Positions 61,450-64,000 of a stretch of DNA of 64,000 bases are shown here, piece after piece. Where the stretch lies: IMG/VR virus record IMGVR_UViG_3300044617_000645; one strand, written 5' to 3'. The notes beneath the pieces were generated by a model that was given only the letters and a program-made list of their open reading frames with translations, was not told the origin of the DNA and did no database searches. Within the stretch, counting starts at the first letter, position 1. Every line of letters begins with the position of its first letter. The position numbers were made by a program, and so were the translations under genes. Source of the DNA: an uncultured virus (IMG/VR IMGVR_UViG_3300044617_000645) (Duplodnaviria; Heunggongvirae; Uroviricota; Caudoviricetes).

Positions 61450-62103
61450 TTAGCCGCCAGCAATCAAGCCACGTACTTGTCGAATGTCATTACTATCATA
61501 CTTGTTCCAATTGATAGTACATGCCACAGTCTTGGGATCTACAAGATTAGTCTTACTGATCGCAAAACCTACAAGACGACCTTGAGCATTAACAGTAACA
61601 GTTCTGACGATATCAATGTCAGTGTTGATCAATGCTTCGCGGACGCTATAGTTGGTATCCTTGTTAGGATCATCGGGACTCATAGAAACATCAGGTCCGA
61701 TCTCAGTTTGGCTCTTGAATCTATCCTTCTGATTCTCGTTCTGGTTGTTCTTAGTAATAGTACGGCGATTTTCGGAAACGTTCATACCAAACACATAAGC
61801 GACTACGTTAGCACGGGCATTATCACACGCCATACTAGTCGTAGACTTCTGAAGCAATCGGGTAGCACCAACACTAGGTTGCACACCTACAGCCTGAATG
61901 CCGATCACTTCGCACTGTTTGCTATTCCATAGCCACCCGCACTTCTTATCAATCTTGATAGTCTCGCCGGGAACGTTTGTTGCGAAAGTTTGAGATTCGA
62001 TTGTGGGAATCTCGCCCTTCTTAGGACCATTACTAGAACAACCAGCAATAGCCAATGCAACACCTGCAACAATTAAACTAGACTTCATAAACGTTTTCTC
62101 CAT
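61450..62103 (-). CDS. Lipoprotein
   Basis: Lipobox IAGC. Confidence 0.8.
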   Translation of the reverse strand: MEKTFMKSSLIVAGVALAIAGCSSNGPKKGEIPTIESQTFATNVPGETIKIDKKCGWLWNSKQCEVIGIQAVGVQPSVGATRLLQKSTTSMACDNARANVVAYVFGMNVSENRRTITKNNQNENQKDRFKSQTEIGPDVSMSPDDPNKDTNYSVREALINTDIDIVRTVTVNAQGRLVGFAISKTNLVDPKTVACTINWNKYDSNDIRQVRGLIAGG

Positions 62104-62147
62104 AGTTGTGAAACGTATAATGATTATAGAATAGTCTACTGTTTAGG

Positions 62148-62777
62148 TCAAGTGTTTTGGTTACCTTTTAGATGTGCTTCTATCTCAGCCTTTTCGTCAT
62201 CGCTGAATACATCCAAATCGTATTCGCCCGAATTCAATTTCTCAATCAAAAACTCAATGTACTCCTTGTTGTACATATAACTTTGGCTAGTGTTCTTATT
62301 TTGCTCTAACCATTTTTTACCGTCAAACTTGAATACACGATTTGGTAACACATCTACGCGAACGAATATATCACCTTTCGCGGCTATTTTGGGAAACTGT
62401 GTTCCAAATCCTGTACTCTTTTGAGCACCTAAATCTGCTTTGGCAGAGAATAAATCCGGACGCAATTCTTTCAGTGCGTTGCTCTGATATAAAGAACTAT
62501 TGAATTCTACGTAGCCGTTACCTACATCCTTTAAAGGGGTAACACCCTCAGTTATTATTTCTTTGGGGGCAACAACTTCTTGAACAGATTTAATATCGGG
62601 CTTCGGCTCCAGTTTGTTAGGTTCTTCCAACTTAACTTTTCTTTTACGTTTAGTTGGCTTAGGCTGGAACGTAACTTGCTTGAGAGGTTTGACGGGCTTA
62701 GTGACTTTATTTGGTCTAATCTTGGCAACTTTAAGTTTAGGTTGCTCAACTTTAGCCTTTCGCTTAACTTTTTTTTT
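62148..62777 (-). CDS. -1-frame continuation of the upstream membrane protein (C-terminal FG.QFP...KGD.FVRVD.LPNRVFKFDG.KW domain)
   Basis: Frame is open from the A9G run at 62777 to the stop at 62148; track start is only an RBS-less TTG. Confidence 0.75.
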   Translation of the reverse strand, partial: KKKVKRKAKVEQPKLKVAKIRPNKVTKPVKPLKQVTFQPKPTKRKRKVKLEEPNKLEPKPDIKSVQEVVAPKEIITEGVTPLKDVGNGYVEFNSSLYQSNALKELRPDLFSAKADLGAQKSTGFGTQFPKIAAKGDIFVRVDVLPNRVFKFDGKKWLEQNKNTSQSYMYNKEYIEFLIEKLNSGEYDLDVFSDDEKAEIEAHLKGNQNT

Positions 62778-63760
62778 ACAGGACTATCCTGCTTTACTTC
62801 TTCTTTAACTAAGCCGCCGTCGGCAGTGAGTTCTGCATCCCCTGCTTTTGGCTCAATAGGCTCGCTTGTTTGTTCTTTTTCTTCAGGGGTTAATGGTAGA
62901 TATCCTGCTGTGGTGGCCGGAACAAACTCTTCCTTCTTTTCAAATTCCCATTTATAACTACTGATTGCGGCGATCACAAGCATCAATGCTAATGGGTCAA
63001 ATACAAAAATCAATAGTATGATTACCCAACGGACGGCCTTTTCTAACAACGCATTGTCTGGGTTGTCACCATATATCAATGCCGCGATATATTTTATAGG
63101 ACCTACTTCTGCTTCAATCTTACGAAACTGAGTGGCTAACGGAGCCTTTTCTAAACTCAATGCCTGTATAGTCTGATTTGATTTTTCTATACGGGACTGT
63201 GCATCATCAATCTCTTTTGTATATGCCTGTCTATCTCTACGCTGTGCGGCTCTTATCTGTACGGATCTTTCTGCACTTGCCTCACTAGTGCCGCGATCCA
63301 GTCTTGCGGACACTTGAGCATCCATCTGTGATAATGCTCTGCGGGCAGATTCTATATTTTCGCGCTCACTGCTTATCAATTCACGCTGAATAGCGATCTT
63401 CTCATCGATTAAACTTATCTGAGCAGCCACATCGCCTGTAGGTATACCCTGATCCATATGGGCTTTGCTTAAGAAGCCGAATATGCCCATGCTTGTGACA
63501 AGTGCTAATACTGCTACAGCACCTGTCAAATATGTTTTCATCAACCATCTACATCTTTCCCAATATCGGTGCAACCATATCGTTGTAACAATCTTGGCTA
63601 CCTCGAGACTACCTCCCATGATGATCACGGGTATGACGGCGGCAGCGAATATAGCGGTCAAACCGACTACGCTATACCAGGCTGCTATGGCACTGAGCGT
63701 TAATGCTGTGATTAACGCTAATGTAGATAGGCTAAATACTTTCCTTATTAATAGTGGCAT
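62555..63760 (-). CDS. Multi-pass membrane protein with long coiled coil (0-frame product)
   Basis: 3 N-terminal TM helices, coiled coil, EVGPIKYIA, FVFDPLA TM; start 5 nt after TAAATA. Confidence 0.85.
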   Translation of the reverse strand: MPLLIRKVFSLSTLALITALTLSAIAAWYSVVGLTAIFAAAVIPVIIMGGSLEVAKIVTTIWLHRYWERCRWLMKTYLTGAVAVLALVTSMGIFGFLSKAHMDQGIPTGDVAAQISLIDEKIAIQRELISSERENIESARRALSQMDAQVSARLDRGTSEASAERSVQIRAAQRRDRQAYTKEIDDAQSRIEKSNQTIQALSLEKAPLATQFRKIEAEVGPIKYIAALIYGDNPDNALLEKAVRWVIILLIFVFDPLALMLVIAAISSYKWEFEKKEEFVPATTAGYLPLTPEEKEQTSEPIEPKAGDAELTADGGLVKEEVKQDSPVKKKLSERLKLSNLNLKLPRLDQIKSLSPSNLSSKLRSSLSQLNVKEKLSWKNLTNWSRSPILNLFKKLLPPKK

Positions 63761-63799
63761 TAATATATTTATTACGAATTGCACCAAAATAAGTGCATA

Positions 63800-64000
63800 T
63801 TATTCTCTAGGTTCAGGAGCCTCTCCTTTACCAAACAAATGCCCGTAATTGCCTAAAAACTCTGTAAGAGACTGCACAAGATTTCGTGGAATGCCTGGAC
63901 CTTGTTGTACTAGATATCCTACAATAAAGTCTTCGTCACCGCGCCATTTGATATGCTTAACTTCAAGCCAGTCACCATCAGCGAACATATATCGCTGACC
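63800..64000 (-). CDS. Hypothetical protein, truncated by the window edge
   Basis: Open frame to the window end. Confidence 0.6.
   Translation of the reverse strand, partial: GQRYMFADGDWLEVKHIKWRGDEDFIVGYLVQQGPGIPRNLVQSLTEFLGNYGHLFGKGEAPEPRE

Overview
64 kb from a large lytic dsDNA tailed phage (jumbo/huge-phage type), standard genetic code, no integrase, CRISPR array or reverse transcriptase seen. Phage evidence: dense small ORFs, four tRNAs, sigma70-type early promoters in repeated cassettes, a T4-late-like TAA(A/G)TA motif before late genes, five collagen/Asn-Gly-rich fibre genes (21.8-31.8 kb), and many isolated host-type genes (pstS, porin, fpr, fdxA, heme oxygenase, erpA, sod, apt, MTA/SAH nucleosidase, dCMP deaminase, infA, rpsU, clpP, clpX, clpS, Hsp20). 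The host is probably a Gram-negative proteobacterium (inference). Most interesting: (1) a ~275-nt nested-helix candidate ncRNA with a 7-nt-periodic TTGY repeat next to a DIP1984-like coiled-coil gene (219-1277); (2) a probable -1 frameshift at A AAA AAG with a 74-codon dual-coding stretch (62148-63760); (3) repeated promoter cassettes with a GTTG-N8-CAAC palindrome in two inverted early islands; (4) a PhaR-box-like site abutting the late promoter of a phasin-like operon; (5) systematic leaderless late genes, capsid-targeting-like N-termini, catalytically dead enzyme paralogues and a ROSE-like thermometer. All functional calls come from motifs read by eye; no searches were run.
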